64,000 bases of DNA. Source: Octopus sinensis (lineage: Eukaryota). The translations under genes were made by a program, and so were the position numbers. The notes beneath the pieces were generated by a model. That model worked only from the letters and a program-made list of their open reading frames with translations. It was not told the DNA's origin and ran no database searches. Position 1 is the stretch's first letter. Each line of letters begins with the position of its first letter. Shown here one piece after another: positions 52,516-64,000 of this stretch. The stretch is taken from contig NC_042997.1 of NCBI RefSeq assembly GCF_006345805.1, positions 13,578,001 through 13,642,000 on the forward strand, in the 5' to 3' direction.

Positions 52516-53847
52516 GTGTGTATGTGTATCTGTGAATATATTTATGCATGTATTCCTTAATGTATAATATATACGTCCATATATACCTATATACATTAAT
52601 ATACATGTACATGTACAAGCTCTCTCACGTACGTGTCTCAAAAGTTTTTGTCGTTCTATCTTCAGGTATTTTGTAAATGTATTTCATACGATTCTTGAAA
52701 AGGAAAATATCACAAGGAACACCCTTATGGCCTCTAAAATGCATAGAGAAACTTTATAAAGTGCTGAATTTTTTTTGAAGAATGAATAGAGGTTCAATTT
52801 TCCCACCCTTTCTTTTCCCACTAATGCATGAATTTTGAGAGATGATAAACTGGTATGAATTTGCCTTAAGCTGCAACACACACACAAAAAAAATATGAAA
52901 CGACATGAAAAAAGAAAAAAGAAATTTGTTGAGAATTACTATATTGACAAGTTTTCAGAATGTAACTGAATTAAATATCTCAACGAAAAGCACTCGAAAA
53001 AAAAAAAAAAAAAGAGAGAGATGTACGAATCTCCGCCTTTGGAATTTTATGAAGAGACAAATTTTGTTCATTTCTTTTGCTCATAGAAATCTTGTTTAAA
53101 ATTTCTCAACTGAACTCTATATGAGCAGTATTCTGTAGTATCGTGAATACTTAATACTAGGAATTTAAAATCGTTAAAAAGAGAGAAAAGAATGAAATTA
53201 AAAAAAAGTTTTATCCATTATACATTAAAATAAAGTAGGGTAAAATTACATAAAAATAACATAAAAGTTTTTCTCCGACTGTGTCTTAGAAAAGGGCGAC
53301 TTTATTGAAACGAAAATTTTAAGATTCTTACTTCTAAAAAACTGGAATTAGCTTAAAAATTTTTTTTTTTTGAAAAAGCTCTAAAACATACTTAATATTA
53401 TTAGTTTAAATCTATTGATGAAATATGCTTTTGAAATGACTTGATAAACAAGTTGTTATTTCTTTTTAAAAACTATTTTAAAAAAGAGCATTAGATAACA
53501 CAGCGTGATACAAAATTTCGTTTGATATCACTTGCCGAATATCTGTTTGGTTGCATGAACCAATCGTTATATTTACCGTATTACAAAAGTTTATAACATA
53601 CTTTCGAAAGGTTATATGCTGCATGCCGAACGCTGCATGAATTAGCAGATAAGAGAAATGTGAGTATACACGTGTGTGTGTATATGTGTGTGCGTGTGTG
53701 TGTCTGGGTGAGTGTGGATGTGTGGGTGGATGGGTGGGTATAGATGGGTGTGTGTATACATGCATAACTGTATATATATATGTATATAAATATATGTATA
53801 TATATATATGTACATATATATTATATACGTATGCATATATATAAATG

Positions 53848-53885
<38 letters not shown>

Positions 53886-53916
53886 CATATAATTATATAT
53901 ATACATATATATATAT

Positions 53917-53955
<39 letters not shown>

Positions 53956-55580
53956 TTGCAAACTTCCGGCATGTGTGCGTACAAATGTACGAATTACTGC
54001 ACATATTAGAAATGACTCTAAATGATGTAAAGTATGTGAAGTTCTCACGCACGCAGTAGACATTGCTGACTCACACTTGCATGCTAACACAGACCCACAT
54101 GCAGAAATATACGGAAACACTAACACAAACTTGTACATAGTAACCCTCAGACCCTCTACAATTACATGCATAATAGGTACATACACATTGTCACACGTGC
54201 CTGAACATCGGGTAAAAATTCCGTAAAGAAGTGCAATGTATTATATCGAAAATGGTTTAATAGAATAGAATGGAAGAATAAGTAGAATTTAAAAAGTTTG
54301 GTATTAAAATATTTACAGTATAATGAAGAACAAGTTAATCTCTTCTTTAGCAAAATAATGCAAATAGAGTAGAAATTTATTAGATAAATATTTCATGCAG
54401 ACGTCAAATAAACTATTATCTTTCACGTAATTACTATAGGTAATAAATATCTTTTATGAATATATGCGTATGATAGACTGAACGGTTTAGTTAACCAATC
54501 TTTTGTTAAGTCTCATATGTTTTGTAATGTATCGTTGTTGTTAATGTTGTAGTTACTGTTATTGTGGCTCTTGTCCATGTTGAGATTATGGTCACATCTG
54601 ATTGATCAAACCCATGAATATATATATTGGACCCATCACTTGTTATCCATACATAAATATTCTGCACTTATCTGATTTATACTTTGAATTCGGAAGAAAG
54701 AAGTGCCCGACATTTAGTTTTGTACCAGGTCAATCAATGGTCTAGAGGATTACTCATTGGCTCCACGTAAAGGATTGTTCCTTATTACAAGCAGATATTC
54801 TGGTGATGCATTTCAATGTAGACAGATGTTAAAAATCATCTAAAGATTTAGATGATTTTAATCATCATCTTAAACAAACATAGCATATGTCGTAAAATCT
54901 CTCACTAAATTATCGTCGAAATGTATTCCCGACTATTGCTCGATGATAACAATTAAGTCATCATAAACGTGTCTCGAGAGACAAATTAAAACATTCTATG
55001 CAAGAGAAAACACCATAGAAAATGTAATAAGTTCATAAGAATTTCAAGCATAAGCTCAAATTCAGAAATTTTGGGGAGGGAGAGATGATTCCATCAATCC
55101 AGTAATTGATTATATATTTTTATCAATCTTAGTCGCATATCAACCAAAATCATCTTCCACAGGTTTCTCAAACGCTTGTAACCAAATACTGCATTTGCCC
55201 GATTCTACCAAAGTTGCTGCAGATAGGAAATTTGTAATACATGTTTTCAATTAGGTTTAAATAGATAGAAATACTCAATTAAAAGTGCGGCAGCATGTTT
55301 GTTTTATTCTAATTTATTTGGCCTGTGTAAATAAAATTACAATTGGGGTACCTTCATGATAGAGTTTCGAGCATTGATAGATGAAACTGATTAATGAACG
55401 CTGCTTGCTCTTAGCTGCCCCCCCCCCCCACAAACACACACCTTTTCATAGTAATGCTTCCCAACTAACTTCCTACGTCATGTAAGTAATTACATATAAC
55501 GATGGTAAAGTGAATTATGATATAGATTTAATCACACCCGGTGTAGGATATTATGAAGGCAATCCCAAGACTTAACTCAC

Positions 55581-55839
55581 CGCAGGTAAATTCGAAAGTC
55601 AAATAAAAACTAGGCACGGTGTTCACTCCAGTATCTACTTGGGTAGGAGACCTAATCGAATTCCGCTTCAATGCCATCATCTGGTGATGGTATTGAGTAA
55701 CGTACTGAATCCAATATATCGCAAGCGTTCAAAATGTGTTTCTGGTATATCGAGAAGGTGATATACTTATGAACTACTTTTATTTCTAGAAACTGTTCGA
55801 ATGGATACTGGCTCCTTTCCCTCCGCGGCCTCAGAAACA
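55581..55839 (-). other. Candidate exon with 5'UTR and start MMALKRNSIRSPTQVDTGVNTVPSFYLTFEFTC(G)
   Basis: gcttttttcag acceptor, GCG|gtgagt donor; no frame is open over the full length. Confidence 0.3.
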
Positions 55840-56070
55840 CTGAAAAAAGCCGTGCATTGACTTACACTCCTGAATAAAATATGAAAATAATGATGGCATT
55901 AGTAAGTTATATTTATTAGGCAGGGAATACTTAGGGGAACTGAATGGTCATAAAAATTGATTTCACAACATAACTGCTACAGAGATTATATGCCTTGGGT
56001 GTATGAAATATTCAGTTTCCTTCCTTCAAAATTGGAACTTAAGATAGGAGGGGATATAAGGAAATTTCAG

Positions 56071-56160
56071 AATGTATTTGACCTGTTATGTTGCCAATTT
56101 TATCTTGATAATAATCAATGCACATTTTTCACACGAGGAAAACAAATATATGAAAATAAG
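56071..56160 (+). CDS. Candidate exon P1: NVFDLLCCQFYLDNNQCTFFTRGKQIYENK
   Basis: aaatttcag acceptor, AAG|gtaaaa donor; 90 nt, phase 0-0. Confidence 0.4.
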
Positions 56161-57046
56161 GTAAAAATTATGCAATATACTTACAACTGATACATTTCAT
56201 TGCATGTAAGCCCAAGTATTAAGTAGTTGTAAGAACTTTTAAATAAAAAGAAATATAATCCGGAGAACGCAATGGATGAATGAAGAAAACAAACACTCTT
56301 GCTCACTTATAAAATGCATCTAATTCACTATCAAATTATTTCATCGTCAAAATATTTCATTTAGTGTGAACATAGAATAAAATGAATTATATTTTATTGA
56401 CGCAACCATTACCTTACACATTCTCTTTCAGTATTGTCCACTGATTCAACGAAATAAAACAATAATTCGATACTTTCACCAAAAACATTGTACAATAGCT
56501 GTAGCTAATAGCTTTAGCCATTAACGATCCTATCTCATCATATATTGAATAACAACATTATTTCCATGCAACTTACAGTCAAAGCGGTTATATGCTGTGT
56601 CTATATTGCATCTCAGAAACAATCAGAGTATCAAATTGTCATTCTTGTATCCCAAACTATCAATTCATTTCTACCATTCTTCATGGAAAGAGATTTGAAA
56701 CTGATACGAAATAAACGAAAGTACGCAGAACAAATCTGACCGTAGTACCACTTGGACGCACTGGTCATATCCCAGGCAACGGTTGCTCATGAACATCTTT
56801 TTAATTCTCTATATATAGTGTAAGGGATAGGACGTTGCAGCTGTCAGGACGTTCAGCTTATAGTGGTCCACAGATGTCGAATTACTCCCCATATTGCTAA
56901 TCGCTTTACCTCGCTTCTTGGAAAGCTAAGTGCTAGAATACAGGCTTAAGCACTTCAAGTTTTATTCATCTTCCCAAAAAATCTACAGGTTTCTCAGATG
57001 GATGTCACCAAAACTCTTTAGACAGCTTTAAATATTACTTCTGCAG

Positions 57047-57085
57047 ACTGTAAATGTGTCAGTACATAATGACACAATAGTGAAG
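57047..57085 (+). CDS. Candidate exon P2: TVNVSVHNDTIVK
   Basis: attacttctgcag acceptor, AAG|gtattt donor; only phase 0 open; 39 nt. Confidence 0.45.
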
Positions 57086-58364
57086 GTATTTTAGTGTATA
57101 TCATGCTTCAATACAGAATAGAACTATTTTAAAATTAAATCTTAAGTATATATGTATCAGTTTATTTTTTACTTTTATTTCTAATTTATGTTTCCAATTA
57201 AATGTGTGCTTATATATTAAGCGCATAACGAACAATAATATGTCACATTGAATAATCACAAAATTTAAAATGACAAGATAATTAGTAAATATTATTGTTT
57301 CACCGAGACAAGATCAATTACAGAAATATTTTCAGAAGTTTTAATGTTTAAAAAACACCAAATGATAGTGGAATTAAAAAGCTAAGAAAGTGAGTTATTG
57401 CCATTCTCGGTAATATCTCTCTTAGCAGGTAAATTTGAAAGCGTAAAAGATTTTACTTCACTTTACCTTTGATTCTATATATCGGTTTAATAAGCATTCG
57501 AAGTAAAATTAGTTTATTAGCCTTTCTTTCATATCGAATCATGAGTGATATATCGAGAAACGTTCTTTGTTCGATATGAAATATTATATATTCAATATTG
57601 AAGAAATTTGCAATTTAGTTGTAGAAGTATTATGTTACAGACTTGCCAATATTGAAAAACCGTTAATACCCAATATGCCTATCCAAATTACCTTTGAATA
57701 TAATACAATAAATATATTTTTGAAGCTAAAATGTAAAAGAATATCTATAAAAAAACACTAAAATGTATGTATTTTGAATATATTGTAAAACAGGATGTTG
57801 TATTTAATCTCTTTTCGTTTCGTTAGCATTTAGTTACGTAATTTCTTTCATCAACATTTTGCTCTATTGATTTCCCATTCTAAGTCCTTTGTTCTACTAC
57901 ATCGAAAATTTTCAAATAAAAAGTAAAATATAAAAATAAAGATAACAGCAAAGAAAACCTTTAAAGCAGAAACAAACATAAGAAATGTTTTCTATAGTCA
58001 TTCAGTAAATTTCTGTTACATTTAAAAAGAGGAACGAATTTTGATATAAATTCTCTGATAATATTTGTAAAAATCGCAAAGAAAAACATGAAAAAGAAAT
58101 ATTAAAAAAATCAACTGTAGAATTTATTTCCAATACCTTAGCAAGTCTGTTATAATAGCCAATTCATATTATTTCCTTAGTGTTTTATATCCCACTCTTT
58201 TCCCCCTAGGCTCTGTGAAAGGCATATATTCACACCAATATTAGCATTCTACAAAAGCGCCAGCGTATATAGTTCTCTAATTGGGGAAGTAACAATTTTT
58301 CAATGAGTTTCAATTTGATGATCTAGAGGCAAAAATATATTCTGTTTTGCGTTTCCCACTGTAG

Positions 58365-58398
58365 GTTCTTGTTTTCCATAAATCCTTTCGGAGATACA
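58365..58398 (+). CDS. Candidate exon P3: VLVFHKSFRRY
   Basis: ttctgttttgcgtttcccactgtag acceptor, ACA|gtaaga donor; 34 nt. Confidence 0.45.
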
Positions 58399-59537
58399 GT
58401 AAGAAAGGCATTAGAAAGGGAACTAAAGAATATATTATACTGCAATTCACTTAGATGTTTCTGTTTACTTAAAGAAAAATAAAGAAACTATTGAATTTCT
58501 CTGACTTAGAGTAAGTTATTTAAAAGAATTTTTTTCAAAAAAGACTTTTATTTATTTGCAACAAAAAAGTATTTGATTCAGGCAAGTGCAGCGTTCTATA
58601 GTCTTATGGCATTATCAAGTTTAAATGCTTTTTGTTCCATACTATGTCCCGGGAGCAATTTATTTGTAACATGTTGGAGGTTTCTTCTGAGGCGTGGTAG
58701 GGAAATGCTTATTTTGCACGCAATTGCTTAGACAAGTGAATAACCCGTGGTCATGGCAGCACTGACAAAGAAAACCTCTTGTATGACCTTTATAGAAAAA
58801 AATCATATCATAGAGTTTTGTGAACATAAGGTTTTAGAAATAGCAGGAAAATATTAAATATACGAAGAAGAAAAAAGAACACAAATTAGCTAAAATTCGA
58901 CAATGAAGAAAAAAGCGTTGGTTCTTGGCAACACAGAAAAATATTGCTGATTCTTTCGTTTTTGTCCTGAACAATAAATAAATAAACCAAACAGAATGTT
59001 AAATTTCAATTGAAATCAGTTAAAATATCTCCTATTAAAATGCGGAACTGAATAAACATCTCTTGGCTCTGAAATGTGGTGAAAAGGACAAGCTTCAGAA
59101 TTTGTTAGCAATGTCAATGAAATAGTAGTATAAAAAATATCCAACAAATAAGCTCAACATTTCTTTCATGTGTAATATTTAATGGAGACCTACTTCATAA
59201 AAGTTTCTTTTTAATTGAGGATTAATCTAAACAAGTAGAACGGTATTATTTTGAAACACAAGTGTGATGTAGAGACAAATGGTTTGAATCTAGTATTTTC
59301 CTGGTATTTTAATGTAGCTAAATGTAGCTAACTACAGCTAAATGATATACCGATAATTTTAAATTAGCATTCGGGGAATTTAAGATGTACCAGAAACTTA
59401 ATACTAATTACTTGAAGTTATATAACATTAAACATCTAAAAGAAATTCCTATCGTACTTGACTGCACCATCAGTATTCGTCACTTATAACACCGAGAAAT
59501 AAATTACAAGTGACATTATGTATATATATACATATAT

Positions 59538-59592
<55 letters not shown>

Positions 59593-59597
59593 ATATA

Positions 59598-59633
<36 letters not shown>

Positions 59634-60429
59634 TGTATGTATGTATGTATGTATGTATGTATGTATATTAAGAAATTCTTCAATGATTTATTTCATTTAT
59701 ATAAAGGGGAAGATTACTTCAAATGCAAACTGGTGACGAGGCAAAGAAATGTTATCATACTTAACTTTTTATTTCAAACTCTTTCCGTCTGGCATGATAT
59801 CTCTGATATATGGTGAATAGCTGTATTTTATTTTCACTTGCTTAATGAAAAGAAGAACAAAATATGTATTATATAAAATTGCTGATTTGTGGTTTTGTAT
59901 ATCAATAAATGTCTTGCTTGAAGTAAAAGAGAAAATTTCCTGCCTGAAGGTATTGTTCTCTGTATTTGAAATTCGGTTTTTATTACTGAAGAATATACCG
60001 ATAATTAGACAGGTTATAAGTAGATCTTTTGTATGCTTTTTAAAAACTAGTTTTGTGCACAATTCTTGTATAAAACTTGGATTAAAATTTTGTTACAATA
60101 TTAGCGAAAAATTTGCCTAATTGACACAATTTCCAGAAGTGATGATATAGTTTTGCAATTAATCTATTTTCCTACCATTAAGTTTTACAACTAATTGTTT
60201 TCTCTGTAATAACCAAATTCTATAAATTCTATAAACGTATCTAAGGTGTGCAAACCTACATGGTAGCGTATAACCACGCTGGAGTGTAAAACTTATGTCG
60301 AAAGAACTTCTTGAATCATATTCTTTATCTAGATCAGCCTTTATGGAAGCAAGCACACAGAGGTCACTACTGTTTCTAATAATGCACACTTTTTTCTTTT
60401 TGTTTTATGCGTTTTAGATCATTCTGAAG

Positions 60430-61440
60430 ATAATGTTATCGAATTTAGAACATGAAATGGCCGCTATAATCATCAGAAATTTAAGGCCAAAAACAAAAAT
60501 AATGCTTCCGTTAATCTGCGATCTTTTCGCCGGTGACTTCCATCTTATTGTTCACAGTCCAGAAGATGCGCAATCTTTCTTTGATTTTGAAGCATCAAAA
60601 GCAATTAAAGTGAAGGAGGTAAACTTATCTGCCAAGCCATGCGTGACAATTCATCCTCCATCATACCTTACGCTTTTGTTAATGGCAAGCATCTAAAGTC
60701 AGTCGATCTATTCAACTTTCATTCTGTTCCATAGTCTCATAAGACGTGAAAATGGATAAGGTAATACCGCCTAGAATAGCCAAGGCCGGCTCAGCATTGG
60801 CTCAGATCCAACATCGACGTTGGGACATTATAAATGTATTCCTGAGGGAGAAGATTTGTAAGTTTTTCTCTCTACATGTTATTCTGTCAGCGCTATTATA
60901 TGGTGCTGAGACATGTAGCCTTACTCTCAGCATATAAACTAACTCGATTCGTGTCACATGCAATGTTTGTGAATGATTTCCGGTATTAAACTGCAAGATA
61001 AAGACAGAAAAATGTGAAATGTCGCAACGATGCAACATTATTGATATCGAAGCTTTTCTAATGAAGATACAGTTGAGATGGGCAGGGTACTTATTTCGGA
61101 TGAAAGATTATAGGCTTCCTCAAACTGTTTTTCTATGATCAGCTTTGGAACAACAATCACCCTGCTGGACCTACAGTGTAGGCCATCTTCTATTATGTTA
61201 CAATGATAAGTTTAAGTATAACTTCAAGCGATGAGAAGACCTGAACAATGAAACGAATGAAAAAACATCGTAAGGTGATTCGGAAAATGTAAACAAAACT
61301 CCGTGATGAATTTTGTGCGAATCTTAAGCACGGGCTAGAAAAATATCCTGCTTTAAATTATCACGTTTGTGGTGACTGTGGATTCGTAGCTCGTAGTAAC
61401 ATGGCACTCGCTTTCCACAGGAGAAATTATAAATAAACAC
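60430..61440 (+). mobile_element. RTE-clade LINE 3' remnant
   Basis: LFAGDFHLIVHSPEDAQ, RIAKAGSA, LSALLYGAET, KIQLRWAGYLFRMKDYRLPQ, terminal CGDCGFVARSNMALAFHRR (decayed C2H2-like). Confidence 0.8.
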
Positions 61441-63404
61441 ATCGCTAATCAGCACCATAAAATCATTACTTAACTCATTCTAGCCAATGCTGAACTCAGG
61501 ATTTACAAAAAAAACGAAATCAAGGCGCGTCCTTACGAAAGCATATTCCACACAGTGTATATACAAGTATTGCAATGCCCAAGTCAATTTCATTTTCATA
61601 ATACGTTTGATCCAATTGTCAATACTGATACACCATCAGTAATAACTGTACCATTGTTATTCTGAAACTTGCTTTAAAATAATATAACCTCATTTTAATG
61701 TTTATGTAAAGATATAGCAAGGTGACAGAGCACAAGTCACAACTCGAGAATCCAAGGTGTAATATTCATTTATAAACTTGGCCCGTCGATTAATTACAGA
61801 TTAGAGCGACATTAGGTAGACTGGTTGAGGTAATAGTCTCTAAATAATGTATATATGATCAAAAGATAGCAGCTCCGTTTTCTTTTGATAAAGAAGATTT
61901 AACCTTGAAATATTGAAATGTTAGGTGAAGTGTAAACTGTAGATCTTTACCCCCCTTACTCCTGCTTTCTCTTATGTTTCAAACTTGCGTTGTATTAGCT
62001 CATCGAAGGATTATTATTTCTTATATAAACATATATCTACGTATGAAAGGTATCTCATAATTCTATCTATTAAACTCAATTCAGAAAATATTGCTTAACC
62101 TGAGGCTACGTGTTCAAGAATCTGTGCAGTGGAAAGAAACCCTAATCCATGAGATTGCAACGTGCACTTCTTAACTAGAGTCTTTTATGCCTAACCTTAT
62201 TTTCATCATATATTTCAGATATTTGTTTAACATTTTTTTAAATAAAATTTCTGAATATGATATCATATTAAATGGTGAATGGTGATACACTTCACAATAT
62301 ATTAAATACGTAATTACGCCTCTAGATACTCTATCTGACAGCAACGCCTGGATACTATATATAAAATACATTCATTATCCAAGACACGTTACAAAGCTTT
62401 CTTTTTATAATCTAGAAATAGGTTTATAGATATTCATTATACTAATATTACATAATGTTTCGCTGCGCAACAAAAGAAGCATTTCAAAGCAATAAAAATT
62501 ACAAAACACTAATAATCATTCCTACTGTACTACATACGCACATGCATACACAAAATCATACATACTCACACATATATGCATAATTGTGACTGTGGTGTAT
62601 AAATGTATTCATTATGAAAGAATATTGTTCCCAGTTGCTGGATAAGAAACTAAAATGCCATATTATTTATGCAGCATCATTATAAACTTAATGAGATGTA
62701 TTCACCGAACACAATTCCCCACATTATATCACTGAGAAGTATAAGAATTTAGTAGAGTTTAACCTTCCTCGATTTCATATTAATCACAAACAATAAAAAA
62801 AAAAGTAAACCTAACATTCTACAAAAGCCTCTACCACAGATAATACATCCCTAAAGTTAATAAATTTGCGAGACGCGTGCTGAATGCATGCTATGAGAAA
62901 CTTTTACCCTTTGGCAGACCTTTAAAAGTAATTGTTCACCGAAGAAAAATGCTGCTTTAGTTAAACAATAGATACATCGTGATGTCTTTGAGGCACAATA
63001 AACAATAGAAGTGACCAAAGTGGATTATTAGACTTGTATGAGAGTCCAAGAGTAGTTGTATTAGGAAATGTGATTATATCACGATTTTTTTCACTAAATC
63101 TTATTTGATCGTGATGACAACGTGTGATCTAGACTTGGTAATTTATTGAATTATAGAAATATTTGTTAGTGCTTCAAGCAATTGGAAATGTGAAGAAAAA
63201 ACAAAAACAATATTCTCAGAACCTTTTGCAATTTTAATTATCATTCGAGATAGTGGATAGTTTGAAAATAATTTAGGATATTTAGAATAATTCCAATCGG
63301 AAGTCATTTAAATTTCTGTGAAAATTTCAAAAACATTTGGCATTAAGAAGTAGAAATTATACTCGAGGAAATATTACAGTTATATTTTAACTGTCTCTTT
63401 CACT

Positions 63405-63570
63405 ATTTCATAGTCTCTCTCTTTCTTTCATTCTTTCTTTCTCTCTCCTTCTTTCCTTCTCTTGCTTTCTTTCTTTCTTTCTCTTTCCTTCTTTCCTTCT
63501 CTTGCTTTCTTTCTTTCTTCCGCTTTCTTTCTGTTTCTCTCTCCTCCCTGCCACCCTCTCTCTCAGTGAA
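63405..63570 (+). repeat. Polypyrimidine (CT/CTTT) tract
   Basis: Direct reading. Confidence 0.9.
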
Positions 63571-63664
63571 TCTCCTTTGTATTTCTCTGTCACTCAGTCT
63601 GGATGTGTGTATGTGCATGTGAGGTTGTAAGGAATGACAGACAGACAGAGAAACATGATTGACA

Positions 63665-63675
63665 CAAAATGGCGG
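63665..63675 (+). promoter_or_regulatory. YY1-like motif CAAAATGGCGG in a locally CpG-rich patch
   Basis: Matches the AANATGGCG consensus; several CpGs at 63670-63750. Confidence 0.35.
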
Positions 63676-64000
63676 AAAGTATCATTTAACGCGTCTTTCC
63701 TCCTCATTACTTAGGGGCCCCCACGGACAGTAGCTTTCCGGAATTAATGACGAATCTGACTTTTCAACTCTTTGAACTTTATTCAGTACACACAATACTT
63801 CCACAAATTACACAACAATGACAACATTTAGAATTCTTGGGCTCCCTCACAAAATATATTGAAAATAGAGATGTGTTTTAGAATTTTAGTCACATATCGG
63901 ATGACGGGATTCTAGTAAAACTTCGATCGCTAAATAAATACACTGAGGAATTTTTAATTGGATAAGCACGATCTCCATTTACATGTGATTGTGTTAGGGA

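Overview
AT-rich, microsatellite-dense animal genomic DNA, very probably Octopus or another cephalopod (inferred from the tRNA-derived SINE families and repeat spectrum). Almost all ORFs in the supplied track are microsatellite or SINE artefacts. Real content: (1) a five-exon plus-strand gene (9043/9127-40598) that I assembled by hand. Its splice phases chain consistently, and it encodes a 126-aa protein with a signal-peptide-like N-terminus and six Cys, which I cannot assign to a family. (2) Weaker candidate exons for a convergent minus-strand gene (43791-55839) and a second plus-strand gene (56071-58504). (3) Decayed Tx1/L1, CR1, RTE, R4/Dong and Penelope-like (PLE) retrotransposons, four SINE families (several with clear target-site duplications, TSDs), a MITE-like element with an 8-bp TSD and a Helentron-like element. 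(4) PLE-type minimal hammerhead ribozyme motifs, two with non-canonical but Watson-Crick-compensated 3-8 core pairs (U3-A8, A3-U8); one of these sits in a 211-bp-arm palindrome. (5) Many fold-back structures that would give long dsRNA. Everything was read by eye with no database search, so family names are motif-based and coordinates of decayed elements are approximate.
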